Numbered from the stretch's first letter, positions 24,856 through 38,439 are shown. The stretch is 64,000 nucleotides of DNA from Hypanus sabinus (GCF_030144855.1 NC_082738.1:5270001-5334000); one strand, 5' to 3'. Numbers and translations are program-made. The notes: a model not told the origin generated them from the letters alone.

Positions 24856-26016
24856 TTATTTCCCTACAACCATCAGGCTCTTGAATCAGCACGGATAATT
24901 TCAATCACCTCTACTCTGAACCAATTCTACGACCTCCAGATTCACTTTCAAGGACTCTTTACAACTCATGTTCTCAGTATTACTTTCAATTTGCAGTTTA
25001 TCTTCTTTTGCACATTGGTCATTTTTCAGTCTTTATGTATCGTTTTTTTTTTGTAAATTCTATTGTATTTCCTTTATCCCCCTGTAAATGGCCACAAGAA
25101 AATGAACCTCAAGTAGTTTCTGGTAACTCCAACCACATTACAGACTTCTTTCTATGGTAGCATTCCACTCCATTTCTGTCTGAGTCCTTGCTGTATATGG
25201 AATGGCATTTGTCTGTTGTAAGTACTGTTGCAATGATACTTCATGAAAGTGAAATGACTTGAAGTCCTTACTCAACTGCCCTGGGGAGGTGAGGAAGAAC
25301 ACCTTCACCTGAACAATTGGGGTGGTTCAAGAATACAAGTCAGCATCAACCCTTCAAGGGCAATTAGGGACGTGTGTCAAATTCTGGCTTTTCCTACAGT
25401 GGCAAATCTTCCCCCCCCAAAAAAAAAACTAAACAAACATTTCTCAAAGGAGTTGTGAAAGACTGATTACATTTCAATCTTCCATTCTTCCATTACGTTC
25501 AGGAACTATTTGTTAATTTGCCTCACGTATTCTAATACATATAAAACACCCATGACTTTGGCTTAGAATGAAATACATCAAGGACGTTTAATAATGCAGT
25601 TTGGTATGCATATTGATTTGCTACTTCAATGAAACTATGGATTTAATTTCATCATCCTTCAGAGACCAATTGTTGTTCAGTTGATTGAAGTGAATAACGA
25701 TCAAGATAAACACCTCAGCTTGACTCTCATTCTAGATATGCACTCACCAAAGGAATCAGCCGTGGAAAGCGTTTGAAGAAAACTATATACAATGAATCAT
25801 TCAAAAGCATTAGAAGTGCCATGAGAAGAGAATGCACACTGACTTATAAATGGGGCTCAAGCGTGAAAGGGCTCAACTTATCGAAGTCTGATGTATTGGT
25901 TTTTAGTTGCTAAATATTTAATCTTGTATTCCTGAGGCTTTTTCATTGTGGCTTGTGCTTTCATTATGTGGATAAAGCTTCAATAAAAGATTATTTGACA
26001 ATTTAGTCCAAATTAG

Positions 26017-26884
26017 GATTTATGCCGGTTAGAAGAATGGGCTGAACGTTGGCAGATGGAGTTTAATGCTGAGAAGTGTGAGGTTCTACATTTTGGCAGG
26101 AATAATCCAAATAGAACATACAGGGTAAATGGTAGGGCATTGAGGAATGCAGTGGAACAGAGAGATCTAGGAATAACAGTGCATAGTTCCCTGAAGGTGG
26201 AGTCTCATGTAGATAGGGTGGTGAAGGCGGCTTTTGGAACACTGGCCTTTATAAATCAGAGCATCGAGTACAGAAGTTGGGATGTAATGTTAAAATTGTA
26301 CAAGGCATTGGTAAGGCCAAATTTGGAATATTGTGTACAGTTCTGGTCACTGAATTATAGGAAAGATATCAATAAATTAGAGAGAGTGCAGAGATGATTT
26401 ACTAGGATGTTACCTGGGTTTTAGCACTTAAGTTACAGAGAAAGGTTGAACAAGTTAGGTCTCTATTCATTGGAGCGTAGAAGGTTGAGGGGGATTTGAT
26501 CGAGGTATTTCAAATTTTGAGAGGGATAGATAGAGTTGACATGAATAGGCTGTTTCTATTGAGAGTAGGGGAGATTCAAACGAGAGGAAATGATTTGAGA
26601 GTTTGGGGGGGCAGAAGTTTAAGGGAAACACGAGGGTGTATTTCTTTACTCAGAGAGTGATAGCTGTGTGGAATGAGCTTCCTGTAGAAGTAGTAGAGGC
26701 CAGTTCAGTTGTATCATTTAAGGTAAAATTGGATAGGTATATGGACAGGAAAGGAGTGGAGGGTTATGGGCTGAGTGCGGGTAGGTGGGACTAGGTAAGA
26801 TTAAGAGTTCGGCACGGACTAGGAGGGCCGAGATGGCCTGTTTCCGTGCTGTGATTGTTACATGGTTATATAGTTTATATGGTT
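26017..26884 (+). mobile_element. Young CR1 3' fragment, same subfamily as 11057-12019
   Basis: Near-identical peptide (MEFNAEKCEVLHFGRNNPNRTY...SAGRWD) with a few stops and indels; atggttat tail; possible TSD ttagga. Confidence 0.92.
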
Positions 26885-27924
26885 AGGACTAGATATATTG
26901 CTCATTAATGTGCTAGTATATGGGGTGTACGAAGCAGTATCAAAGAATGTGGTCCACACTTTTGATACATGGTTGTACCAGCCATGTTGGTAACTAAGTG
27001 TCAGCTTTCTTCAATAATAAATATTTTTTGGAAATATATCACTTGTAGTACATAATGTTAAACAACAAAATTAGATGTGACATTTGCAGCGGGTTAGCTT
27101 CTTGAGGGGCTAACAAGGCAGCAATCGAGTGTCAGGTAAGGTTGGGGTTGTTTGGGGTAGAGTAATGATGATGCACACACTGGATATGGCAGATATGTCA
27201 GAGAGCTTGAGAAATTAGAGAGCCTCAGCTCTGGTGGTGAACCTGAGGAAGATACAGAACAATATATCCAAAACAGGAAGACGAATAAGCCCAGAAACTT
27301 ATGAAAAATTGGGATATCTACCAGTACCATGAACCACAATTGAGTTCTCTTATGAGGACAATGGATAACTGTGAAGCAACAGTTTAATTCAGAATTTAGC
27401 AGTATATTCCAGATATCAACCTGTGTAAAAAAAACTTACTTCTCACATCTTTCAGACTCCCTCCTCTCACCTAGTCAAGTAGGATGACAATCAAGCAGAG
27501 TATTTTATCCAGATTATGGTGCGCTTCCTGGATGTTGCTGGAGTTTCACTCCGCTGGTTAAGTGGGAAGGTATTGATGTGAAAGCTCTGATCATAGATGA
27601 ACCCCCCAGATGTTGAGATGGTACTATCTTTGGATGCCGGAAGTAGGTCTGTAAACTCTCTTTTGTTAAAAAAGCTGCCACTTATTAACCTATACCTTAA
27701 TATTACCCAGTAAAGGAGTGATCTGTGCATGGAATTAGTGTGTGGCTCTGAGCAGTCATCTTACTTCTGACCTTATGGTGAAGTAAATTGAGTTTAGGAC
27801 ACTTACCTGAGAGGCTACTGCAATCAAGAGGTGACAGATGGTAACAGCAAAAAGCTATTAAAGAGTAATTATTAATATACCAATCACTAATGATCACCAT
27901 GGTACTGATCTCATTAAAGCCTTA

Positions 27925-28262
27925 TCAATGAGCCTCAGGACTTGCACCACCAGGTTCGAGAAGAGTTACTACCTCTCAACCTTCAGGCCCTTGAACAAAA
28001 GGGGGTAACTACTCTCACTTGCCCCATCATTGACATGGTCCCCCAACCAATGATCTCACTTTAAGGGCTCCTTATCACACCATCTCAAGCTGTCTTTATT
28101 TATTGCTATTTATTCATATTTGCACTTGCACAGTTTGTTGTCTTCTGCACTCTAGTTAATCTTTCATTGATTCTGTTATGGTTACTATAGATATGCTACA
28201 TACGTCCACAAGAAAATGAATCTCAGGGTTGTATATGGTGAAATATAAGTACTTTGCTAATT
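27925..28262 (+). mobile_element. Rex1/Babar-like 3' fragment
   Basis: Matches the 3' part of 24480-24850. Confidence 0.7.
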
Positions 28263-29284
28263 AAATTTAATTAGGCTTGACTGGCAACCCATTTACCATG
28301 CTAAAACTTCACTTACAACCTAGAGATACACCATGGTAGTTGTGTGTATTGTCAATATTATCACCTGCAGCAACAAGTCAAACCACCTGCGAGGTCTTCT
28401 CCCAAATTAAACAGCTCTGCTAGCTGGAAGAATGAGAACACAGCCACATGGTTACATGGTCATTTATTCATTCCTTTCAAGTCTCAAGCCATCCTGATTC
28501 AGAAAATTCTTAAGCTACTTATGCACTTTGCATATTCTCTCTGTGAGCATATAGACCTTCCCCAGCTACTTTAGCTTCCACGTCTCAAAGACATGCTGGT
28601 AAGTTAAATGATAACTGTAAGTTACCTCATAGAGTAGGTTAATGAAAATAACTTTCAAATAAGATAGGTGAGCATGTGTGAGGGAGAATAAGTTGCTAGG
28701 GAACTGAGAAATATTGCAAGTGGGACAATGTGATTGCTTCCCTCAAGCTGGCATGAAAACAATGGGCCAAATAGTTGGGTTCTGCACCATTGCGAGTATA
28801 AGATCAATGCAAAATTTCAGACAAGTAGAGCTGCTGCTTCACAGTCCCAGAGATCAGAGTCAAATCCTGATCTTAGCTGCTGTCAGTGTGGAAATAACAT
28901 GTTCTGCCCATAACTGTGCTGGTTTTGCTCAAGATTTTTTTCCACCTCATGTCCCAAAATATTGTGGATTGTTAGGTTACTTGACAACTGCACAATGTCC
29001 TGAGCATGTAGGTGAGTGAAAGAGTCATGGGGGGGAGGGAGGCGATAGCAATGTGGGGAGGATGAATTTGAATTTATGTAGGTTTGATGTAAAAATGGAC
29101 ATTTGATGGTCGGTGTGTAGTCAATGGGTCTAAGGTCTACGTTCCCTCTATTTATTATTATTTTTGTTTACAACTGCATGGACCAACTATTGCTCCGAGT
29201 AGGAGATCTTTACACAATGTGAAAACTGTATGGCATTTAATACTCAATAAACCATGGGCCAGCGGTTTATTATCAATGAGCTAC

Positions 29285-32200
29285 CAACTTCCATTCTGTG
29301 TTTATTGTTACAATTTACAACAGTGTCATAATTTGAAACAGACAAAACTCTAAAAATTTGCAAAGTAATGGTTTTGGTACATTTAGTATTTAGAAAATTT
29401 ATGGATTATATTTATTAATACAATTAATTACAGGGCAATTGACAATTATATTAACATAGATTTCAAAATTATGTTAGCACAATTTCAAAATTATATTAAC
29501 ATAATTTCAAAATTATATCAAAGAAAATTCCAGCTGTGTAGCAACAAAGGCTACGTGCACAGAAGCATTTCAGTTACTGTGCGGCTGTGCACTGGTACAG
29601 CTCAGAAGGAACAGTGCCTAAGTGTCTGTTTCCATGCAGCATCTCTTCATTACTGAATAGTTAACATTTACGCAAATCTTTGATCAGATGATAGCCAACA
29701 GGCAATATTTGTACAGAGCAGCATGGATTTGCTTAAGCAAAAAAGCTGGATGAGCACATTAAACAGTGAGCTATGTGAGGGACTCAGGTCCAAGAAGGCC
29801 ACTGTGGAAAGAGAAAATCTGGCATTTACCAGCTGAGTGCTCCGTACACCCTACTTTCTAATTAACTCCATGCAAGCTTTGAAAGAAATGCATCACACTT
29901 CAACAACTTAATCCATTTATGCAATGTGCAGAACCTAAAATAAAAGGTTATTTTTAATTGTGTTTTCACCAAGAAATTCAAAAGCAAATTATCTGTATTT
30001 ATTTAAAACCTTTATGATGACATTTTCTCAATAAATTAATTTAGATCAACACTTCCTGTTATATTAAATAATCTCAGCAGTCACACGGTAAACTTTGTTG
30101 AAAGTAATTTATTGGTTGTGCATAAAAAATTATTCATTCATTTTTTATAATCTCTGAAATATAATGTATGCAATTTTACAGCAGGTTATGCATTTAGTTT
30201 ACTTTTTGGACTTGGGAACATGGGGAATCTATTCTGAATATGAGGTGCACAAGGGAGGTCTCCACCTAATCATGGTTTGTGAAAGAGCAGATTGATAGCA
30301 TCTCCTCAGGGACCTATGGAAGGTGCAATCAAATTTCAAAACTATTCTAGTGTACACCCACAACTGTCAGGTTGACTAACCAGATTACATGGACCATGCC
30401 AGATCCATCATTTTACTTTGGAATTCTCTAACTGGATTTGTTGAATTCAAGTATTTTGAACATGACCCGCAATATTCTGACTTGTCCACACACTGCTCTT
30501 TCATATAAACACACCCTTGACTCATTGTTGCCCTACAAAAGGGGATCATGGGAGCTAGCTAAATTATCAACTCAAATTGATTTTTCTCCGCCATGTTAAA
30601 ACAGTGCAATCCATGTGATTTTCATGGTAAACTTCAAATATAACATTTTTGTTATTATTTAGGTATTGTCCTTGTTTATCAAACAACAGACATCGCCAAT
30701 AACCAGGGAGTTGGCCACTATTTAAATAGGTAAAACTATTTATGAACATCAAGGAAGGAAAAGAGACATTAAGGTAACTTCTCCACATCTTGCCTACTTC
30801 CCATTTTCCAAGGTTTCTCCAAACCTTGATTACTTAAGGTTTCTCCCTCTCTTGTTGATGACATATGCACTGTTGCCTTATTCCATTATCCTGAAACTGC
30901 ATGTTCCTTAAACTATAAAAGTGATTCTGCAAAGCTGAGCTCCTAACCTTGACCTCACTAGATGGTGCCTTGATCAGTGTTGGGTTGATTCCATATCCTG
31001 TAAGATGGTTTGCAAACTCACTGTAAATGCTCTATGCAATTGCTTTATCACAAATTAAAAAAGCTGTACCAGCCACAATTCCCTTGTACTGGGTCACATT
31101 CTGTATTAATCTTCAGGCTTACTTCATCACATCCCAGCTTTCCTGGGCCTTTTCCTCCCTCACCAGTACCTCGGTGAGTCTAAGTTGCAACCACAGACAG
31201 CCCAGTGCTCTGAATGTACACATCTGTGTCCTTGACAACACCTGCCCACCTTTTTGACAGAATCTCAGACCTGAACCAGTGACCATTTCTCTTTCCACTG
31301 ATGCTGACTGTTTCCAGTGTTCCCACAGTTTCTGATTGATTTTAAGTTATTTTTTCCATGTTGCAAAGCCCTCCACTGATAAAGGGGAAGCTCCAAGTGC
31401 CACATTATTTTAATGCCACTGGAAGACAGTCAGAGCATCATTCCCCAACTCCCTGGACATACTATCGACCTGCAGAAATTGTACAGAATACGTAAGATAT
31501 CCATCATTTGTATTAATTTTCTTGTGGTATCCTCTCTCATCTAAGCTGGAATTTATTCAGCACCAGCTACTCCACCTTTAAACTGTTGACCTACAACAAT
31601 CACAGTCATGATCTTTGCCTGTGCAATTGAAAATACCCCACACTTAGATAGCAATCTTAAGCATAATGAGGTGTCCCAGGGAAGCTCATACATGTACTGC
31701 CACTCAAAGTCTGACACTGGCTCATCTACTTCAGCTTAAATTAGTCGTAGGGATCCAAATCAAGAGTTTCCACTGTTCTATCTCACTGTCACATAAGGTA
31801 AATGGAAAGATCCTCCATGTGCCACACAGCCCTGATATTGAGAAGTCAAATCAAATACAAAAATGCCTCTGGATTTGTGGCCCCCTTGCAATTATGTTAA
31901 AGGAGGTTGTGCTAACATGAATAACACTGAAACAAATAAGGTAAAAGATAGTGGAACAAGAAAGAGATTTACACTTATTCATAGTAGTTGGGAAGGATGG
32001 AATTACTACTGCAAGAAGTAACATTACATATTTTGTGAAATCTATCAATAATAAAAAATTAAAAAAAATACAATTCATATTGATATATAAAAACAAATTT
32101 AATCAGGGACCGCGTGACTATCAATGCATTTAGCTTTATCACTGCCATAAAGCAATTGTTTTCCCTATCTGAATGAGCACCTTAGAAGATCCACCATGAC

Positions 32201-34748
32201 TGACAGCATTGACTAAGGATGCATACTCTGAAGTTCAAAAGGAATTCTTTACATATGGAATAACTCTTACAAGAGACCAATGGAACAGTTGAGGAAAACA
32301 TTTGTACCCTGAAGAGATGTGGAAAAATCAAAGAGGAACAGGCCCGTTCTGCTCATTGTATCCATGCTGACCATAAGACATTGGACCAGAATTAGGACAT
32401 TCGGCCCATCAAGCCTTCTCCACCATTCCATCATGACTGGTTTATTTTCCCTCACAACCCCATTCTTCTGCCTTCTTCATGTAACCTTCGACACCCTAAC
32501 CTATCAAGAGCCTATCAACCACCACTTTAAACATGAATTAATTCCACAGATTCGCCACCTTTTGGCTAAAGAAATTCCTCATCTCTTTTCTAAATGGACA
32601 TCCATGTATTCTGAGGCTGTTCCCTCTGGCACTATACTCTCCCACTATTGGAGACATCCTCTCCATGTCCACTTTATCTAGGCCTTCCTTTCAATATACA
32701 GTAGGTTAGAATAAGACCTGAAGCACTTCTACGGTAATCCTATGTGCCCACGTTAAGCTCATCTACGAGAACCTAAAAACACCATCTAGATAGCATGAAG
32801 TCAGGACAGAACCTGAGCCACCAATGCAGGCTCTAAAATATTGCAAGTCTTGGAACTAATTGTGTGTGTAAAAGCCCTTTGTTTAACTGTATCATAAGTT
32901 TCTATCAGTAGTACAATGAGTTAAATTTTCTCTACATTGAGCCAAGGATATTAAAACTGAAAATCAGAAACACTGCAGATGCTGAGAATCTGAAACAAAA
33001 ACCAGAAAATGCTGGGAACACTCAGCAGGCAGCATCTGTTGAGAGTGGATCAAAGTTAATGTTTCAGAAGATGAAGGGAGACTTAACGTGAAAAATTGAA
33101 CCTGTTTAAGTTTTCTCAGACACTGTCTGACCTGCTGAGTGTTTCCAGCATTTTCTATTTTGGTGACAATATTCCATCTGGTGTTCTGACGGATGAGGTA
33201 ATTGAGGAAATGGAATGGACTGACTCGGTACTGAACTCTGGTACTGATGCCAATCATAAAGGCTGCATAGGAGAATAAGAAATAAAACAGGAGTTAGCCA
33301 TTCGGTCTACTGTGTCTATGCCAACATTCTTGTGTTCCTCTCCCCCACTGATTCCATCTGCCTTTTGCCCACACGCTGTACAGTACCTCCTGGTTTAAAT
33401 TGCCCATCACCCTTCCCTTATCTGGTTCCAATGATCACCTCCCTTTCGTATTCACATATGTAGCCTTTGTGTCTCTTCTTATCACCTTATAGCTCGTCTC
33501 TTTCTCTAACTGCCTCTTTTATACATCTTAATATATTAAAAAAATCCACCAATCTTTATCTTAAATATACTGGGTGATTGAGCCTCCACAGTTCTCGAAG
33601 GATAAAGAAATTCCTCCTCCTCTCAGTTCAGAATGGCTAACCCCATAACTTCAGGCTGTGATTGCTGGTTGTTGACGGCCCAACAAGGGCAAATAGTAAA
33701 GTTGTATCTAACCTTTTGAGCCTTATTGTCCCTTTCTTGAAAAAGCATTTTATTTAAGGTTTATTTAAAATATCCAATGAAAAAGCCTTACTCCATAGGC
33801 TTAAGGCTCACAGATCTTGATACATCATTGTAATATGCTGAACTGCCATTCAAGTCATAGATTTTACTTTTCTGTGGATGCTGAACTTCATTGTGGTGTG
33901 ATAGTCAGCTCCAACACACAACAGGCATTCCAAGCCTCTAGTTGTTCACTTGGTCAACTCTCTCATGGTGGACTTCAAAGACTGCATTATAAAATTGAAT
34001 TATTTAAAGCATTAGAATATTTTGAAAAGAGATGATATTAATATAAAAAGATTGTTTTATGATAATCCATTATTAGCTGAGCCAAACAGTCCAACATCAC
34101 TGAATGACTGAGGATAAAAATCATCCCTCAAACATCTACAGCACTGTTGATAAATTAGGGTTTTCCATTCAACTGGGATAAAAATATCTAAATTGTTATG
34201 TCACAGACTCCAGCTGACCCCCTATCCTGAATTGAGTCTCCCTTTGATTGCCTATATCTGGGAAAATACACCTGAAATATTCCAAGTATTATTTATTTTC
34301 TGGCATACAATTTTTAAATGCAGAATATGCAAAGCATGGTGGCTAAAGCAGTGTAATTATGTAAATAACACCAGCTAACCAATTGACAGTTCCAGTCTTT
34401 AGTTGTTACCAGTGGGCCAGTCGGTGAAGTTGCCAAGGTGGGGTTGTAATGAGGCTTCTCACAGAGGAAGACAAATTAGAGTCTCCTCTTCTCCACCAGT
34501 TTCCCATTCTTACAAGATTCCTCAAACCTTTAATCAGTTTTGCATTATCTCTACACCACAGATATCACTATTGGTTACATATCTAATTTCAGCAATTGAA
34601 TCTTATTGTAGTTACAAATGTGAAGCCTTATGAAGTTGGAATTACTGTACAGTACATAGCTAAGTGCTGCAAGTTTACCCCTGGTGTCTATTGGTTCTCT
34701 GAATTGATTACTTGAACCCCCTCCCCCCCCGACAGCTCAAACAACTGG
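29285..34748 (-). other. FMNL1: Probable FMNL1 3' UTR (extent uncertain)
   Basis: Follows the terminal stop; AT-rich and relatively TE-poor. Minus-strand AATAAA candidates near 34292, 33750-33765 and 29301-29306. The true end cannot be fixed from sequence alone. Confidence 0.35.
32370..32715 (-). mobile_element. CR1 3' fragment
   Basis: Reverse complement resembles the CR1 3' end at 55130-55467. Confidence 0.7.
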
Positions 34749-34852
34749 TTATAATGAGACTTCTCCAGATACGCGAAGATTCTGTTCGTCCATTCTCTTC
34801 CGAACACTCCTCCTCATGGCGTCTGCACGTCTATACGGCTGGTTGCGTAGAT
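34749..34852 (-). CDS. FMNL1: FMNL1 terminal exon coding part (beta-type tail), (D)LRNQPYRRADAMRRSVRKRMDEQNLRVSGEVSL*
   Basis: Phase-1 acceptor tttttcccatgcag; DLRNQPY.RAD..RRS.R basic DAD tail typical of FMNL1-beta and FMNL2; stop TAA at 34749-34751. Confidence 0.93.
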
Positions 34853-35296
34853 CTGCATGGGAAAAATATGCACGGTATGAGCCCCAATTGCAGAGAAATA
34901 ACTGCAGAATCAAATCTACTGGAGATGCATTACATGAAGATGAATCATTTCTCTTAATTGAGATTCAACACAAGAAGCATTGTTTTTCATGGGCAAATTG
35001 ACAGAACTGAGGTAAATCCTGATACAGTATTGCTTTTGTAGCTGTGTTGAACATTCATGATTTAGGACATTAATCCAGTCTGTAAAAAGCATTATAGATC
35101 AGAAGGTTTATGAAAGTCAGCACCTCTACGCAGAAGATTCTCAGGTTAGTACCCATCCTATAAAGATGAACACCAAATTTAGTTGATCATTCCCACTGTT
35201 AGAAGTTCACCCTTTTAAATGTGACATTGCAATCACTTGTAATTGTAAAACACTTTGAATGTAGCAAGCCATAAGATTGTCACCAAACATAATTCA

Positions 35297-35582
35297 GGGG
35301 GTGGCATGGTAACATAGTGGTTAGCACAACGTTTTACAATACCAGCGACGCCCCTTCAATTCCAGCCACTACCTGTAAGGAGTTTGTACGTTCTCTCCAT
35401 GACCGCGTGGGTTTCCTCCAAGTGCTGCAGTTTCCTCCCATAGTCCAATAATGTACCAGTTGGTAGTTTAATTGGTCATTGTAAATTGTCCCATGATTAG
35501 GCCAAGATTAAATCGGGGTTTTCTGGGTGGCATGGTTCAAAGGGTCAGAGGGCTGATTCTGCTCTGTATCTCAATAAATCAA
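35297..35582 (+). mobile_element. tRNA-derived V-SINE-like element
   Basis: Same head, core and tail as 5633-5910. Confidence 0.75.
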
Positions 35583-36643
35583 TAATAATTTGTCACCAAG
35601 CCACATATAGATGTTAGGTCGAATAACCTGTCAGAGGCAGGTTTAAAGGACTATCTTGAGAGACAGCATAAAGGGATGCCTTAAGGACAGCACGGAGAAG
35701 CAGGTAATGTCCAGAATCTTATGATTGCTCTTGAATCTGGTGCTGTTTGGGATTTATATCTTCTCACTGTGACCACCTGGGTTCTGTCCAGGTGCCCCAG
35801 TTTCCTTCTTCATCCCAAAGACTGCTGGTTGGTTGGTCAACTGTAAATTCCCCTGGGGGGAGAACTGGGGGTGTTAATGAGGATATGAGAGAGAATTGGT
35901 GGCAGGAAAGTAATCGGGGGGTGGACCACATGGGACTGCACTGAGAAGCAGAAGGAACTCCAGGGCAGAGGGAAATCAGATGAAATCAGGGCCTTAACGG
36001 TGGAATGGTCAAATGTTTAAATACAAGGAAGCTTACAAAAAGAAAAATGGAGGTCATCATTATCATAAAGAAAGGTCAACCCTTTAACTGTTTTCACCAA
36101 AGGCCTTTACTTACAGAGTCACTGACTGAACCATCTGAATTCATATAACCACACAAGGTTTAGATGCAGAGCTTGTCATTACTATATGACACTCACTAAT
36201 TTAGTCAAAGAATCAAGGCAAATGTACCAGAAGCATCAATGGTATCTCCAATATATTTAATGAAATGAATTTAAGGGCTTTTACTTTTAATTGGAAACCT
36301 GAGATTTTCTCAGTATAATATCATAGCCTGACTCATTGCTAACTATCTGCAGCTAAGTATAGCTAGGTCAGAGTTATAATTTTGATCTGCTTCATGCCCC
36401 AGCACAAGTTTGATGCTCAGGGGTTTACTTGGGCAAGGAAATTCATTCATGGCTATTAATTCTTCATCTGATGCCACTTTAATTTCAGGATCAAAAACCA
36501 GGTACAGATAGCAGACTTTGGGCTTTTAACACCTCATATCCTACAGGAACACTGACAGTAGACAGAATCTAAATACATTATATCATCTCCCAGACTCTGA
36601 ATCAAGTGCGCCAACCAAACCCAACAGAGTAAGTCAGAGCACT

Positions 36644-36945
36644 TGGGTGCCACGGTAGTGTAATGATCAGAGTGACACTGCTACAACTTGGGGCATTGGA
36701 GTTTGGAGTTCAATTCCAACATCTTCTGTAAGGAGTCTCTGTATGTCCTCCCTGTGACCATGTGGGTCTCCTCTGGGTGCTCCAGTTTCCTCCCACACTC
36801 CAAAGCCATACCAGTTGGTAGGCTAATTGGTTATTGTAAATTATCCTGTGATTAGGCTAGGGTTAAATTGAGGGCTGCTGGGTGGCACAGCTCAGTGGGC
36901 TGGAAGGGCATGTCTGTACTGTATCTCTAAGTACATAAATAAACA
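36644..36945 (+). mobile_element. tRNA-derived V-SINE-like element
   Basis: B-box ggagttcaattcc; core gggtgctccagtttcctcccacactccaaag. Confidence 0.75.
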
Positions 36946-37274
36946 AATCACGTGATCTACACTATCTTCAGATTTGATGGAGGACAGAGAACTGATGTGA
37001 CCAGCAAAAGGAGGAAGTGCTTTAGGCATTAAATGGATAAATGTGGAATTCAATTGTCTGACTGGGTGGTGGGTTCAGACTCACAAAGGCCTATGGGGAG
37101 GGGGGAGAGGTTAAAGGAGTGCAACCAACTGCATTGATCTTGCAGAGAGCAAGCATGGTGCTGGAACAGGCTCTGTCGGTGCTGGAAATTCCCCAGTTTA
37201 CGACTGTGTCACTGAGTCTTCAGTTGACAGCAGCCACAAGAAACCCAGGATTCTCCCAGAAAACGGAACATGGT

Positions 37275-37488
37275 TGATGCACCATCAATAACTCACACTG
37301 AGACGTAAGGCGAGATATCGGCTTTTATTGACTGGAAGAAGGAACCAGGAGTGAGTGTCTATCATACAATGTCCTGGAGACTGAGGCCGAGCGTCAGGCC
37401 TCAGATCTCCTTTATACAGGGGCCTGTGGGAGGAGCCACAGGAGCAGTCAGCAGGGGGCGTGTCCCGACAGGCACATAGTTCACCACA
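37275..37488 (-). mobile_element. Compact solo LTR (214 bp), 5-bp TSD ATGGT
   Basis: TG...CA termini, ATGGT at 37270-37274 and 37489-37493; minus-strand TATAAA and downstream AATAAA. Confidence 0.88.
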
Positions 37489-38424
37489 ATGGTAAAATGA
37501 TTAAGTGGAGGGGCTGCTAATGACAGTATTTGCAATGCATTCTATTTGAGATATATTACTGATGGATCAAATTCTAGTCAGAAAACAGAATCAGAGAATC
37601 AGTGCTTCACTTGGTTTGGCATTGGCTCCATTTTGCAATATAGAGTTCATTTTGGGAAATGTTTCTTGCTGCAATACTCTGTCAGAGATGAGAGTAGAGC
37701 TTGATAATGCACAGAGTAGCGGAGCTGTATACTCCATGTGTATACCTACTATTGTTTGCACTTATAATTGTACTTAAGTGTATATTATAGGGTTTGTTTC
37801 ACAGTTGGTCTTGACATGTGAGTTTAGCTAACCAATAACAAGATCTGAGTCCTGGACATTTTTTGATTCATTAAGTCAAATTAAAGGCAGTGTTCAAACC
37901 TGTAATGTTCAACTGAGCTGCAGAAAGAGACACTTCACAAACGAAAATTAATAGTACGTTCCACTCAGACACGTACAGCCCCAGAATACAGCCCAATTTG
38001 ATTTTACGTGACCTCAACATAACCTGATCAACCCTAATTTGACCTTACCCAACCACACAACTTAATCCAATCCCTGGATGATGCTCAACCGAATATGACA
38101 TGATCCATTCTCCCCAGCCACCGCACAAATACCAATGAGCCAGTGTCTGCACTGGCATCAATGGCCACTCAATGCATGTCCCCCCAAAATAAAAAGCCCA
38201 CCATTAGAACAGAAAACCCACCCCAACACCAACACACCAAACCCATCACTAATACAGCACCCCATTTCCAATGTATGAGGCCCTTACTCAAAGCTGACAC
38301 GCACACTGATACGCCTCCAATACAAACAAGATTACGCGGGCTTCCAGAGTTTTATTCAGCAAATTCAAGTTTAGGTCTTCTTTAAGACTACAGATAAATT
38401 AATGTCACGCACCTTGCAGCTTAC

Positions 38425-38439
38425 CTGGAAGGGCGCCGC
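38425..38439 (-). CDS. FMNL1: Candidate 15-nt in-frame FMNL1 microexon (adds GGALP between IIT and DLRNQPY)
   Basis: ctgtcag|GCGGCGCCCTTCCAG|gtaagc: near-consensus donor, length divisible by 3, no stop in phase 1, upstream UGC-rich pyrimidine tract and CCTAAT branch candidate. No transcript evidence available. Confidence 0.55.

Noticed and set aside
29445-29520. About 22-bp AT-rich triplicated motif (aatttcaaaattatattaac)
   Set aside because: Short local slippage duplication with no evidence of function.
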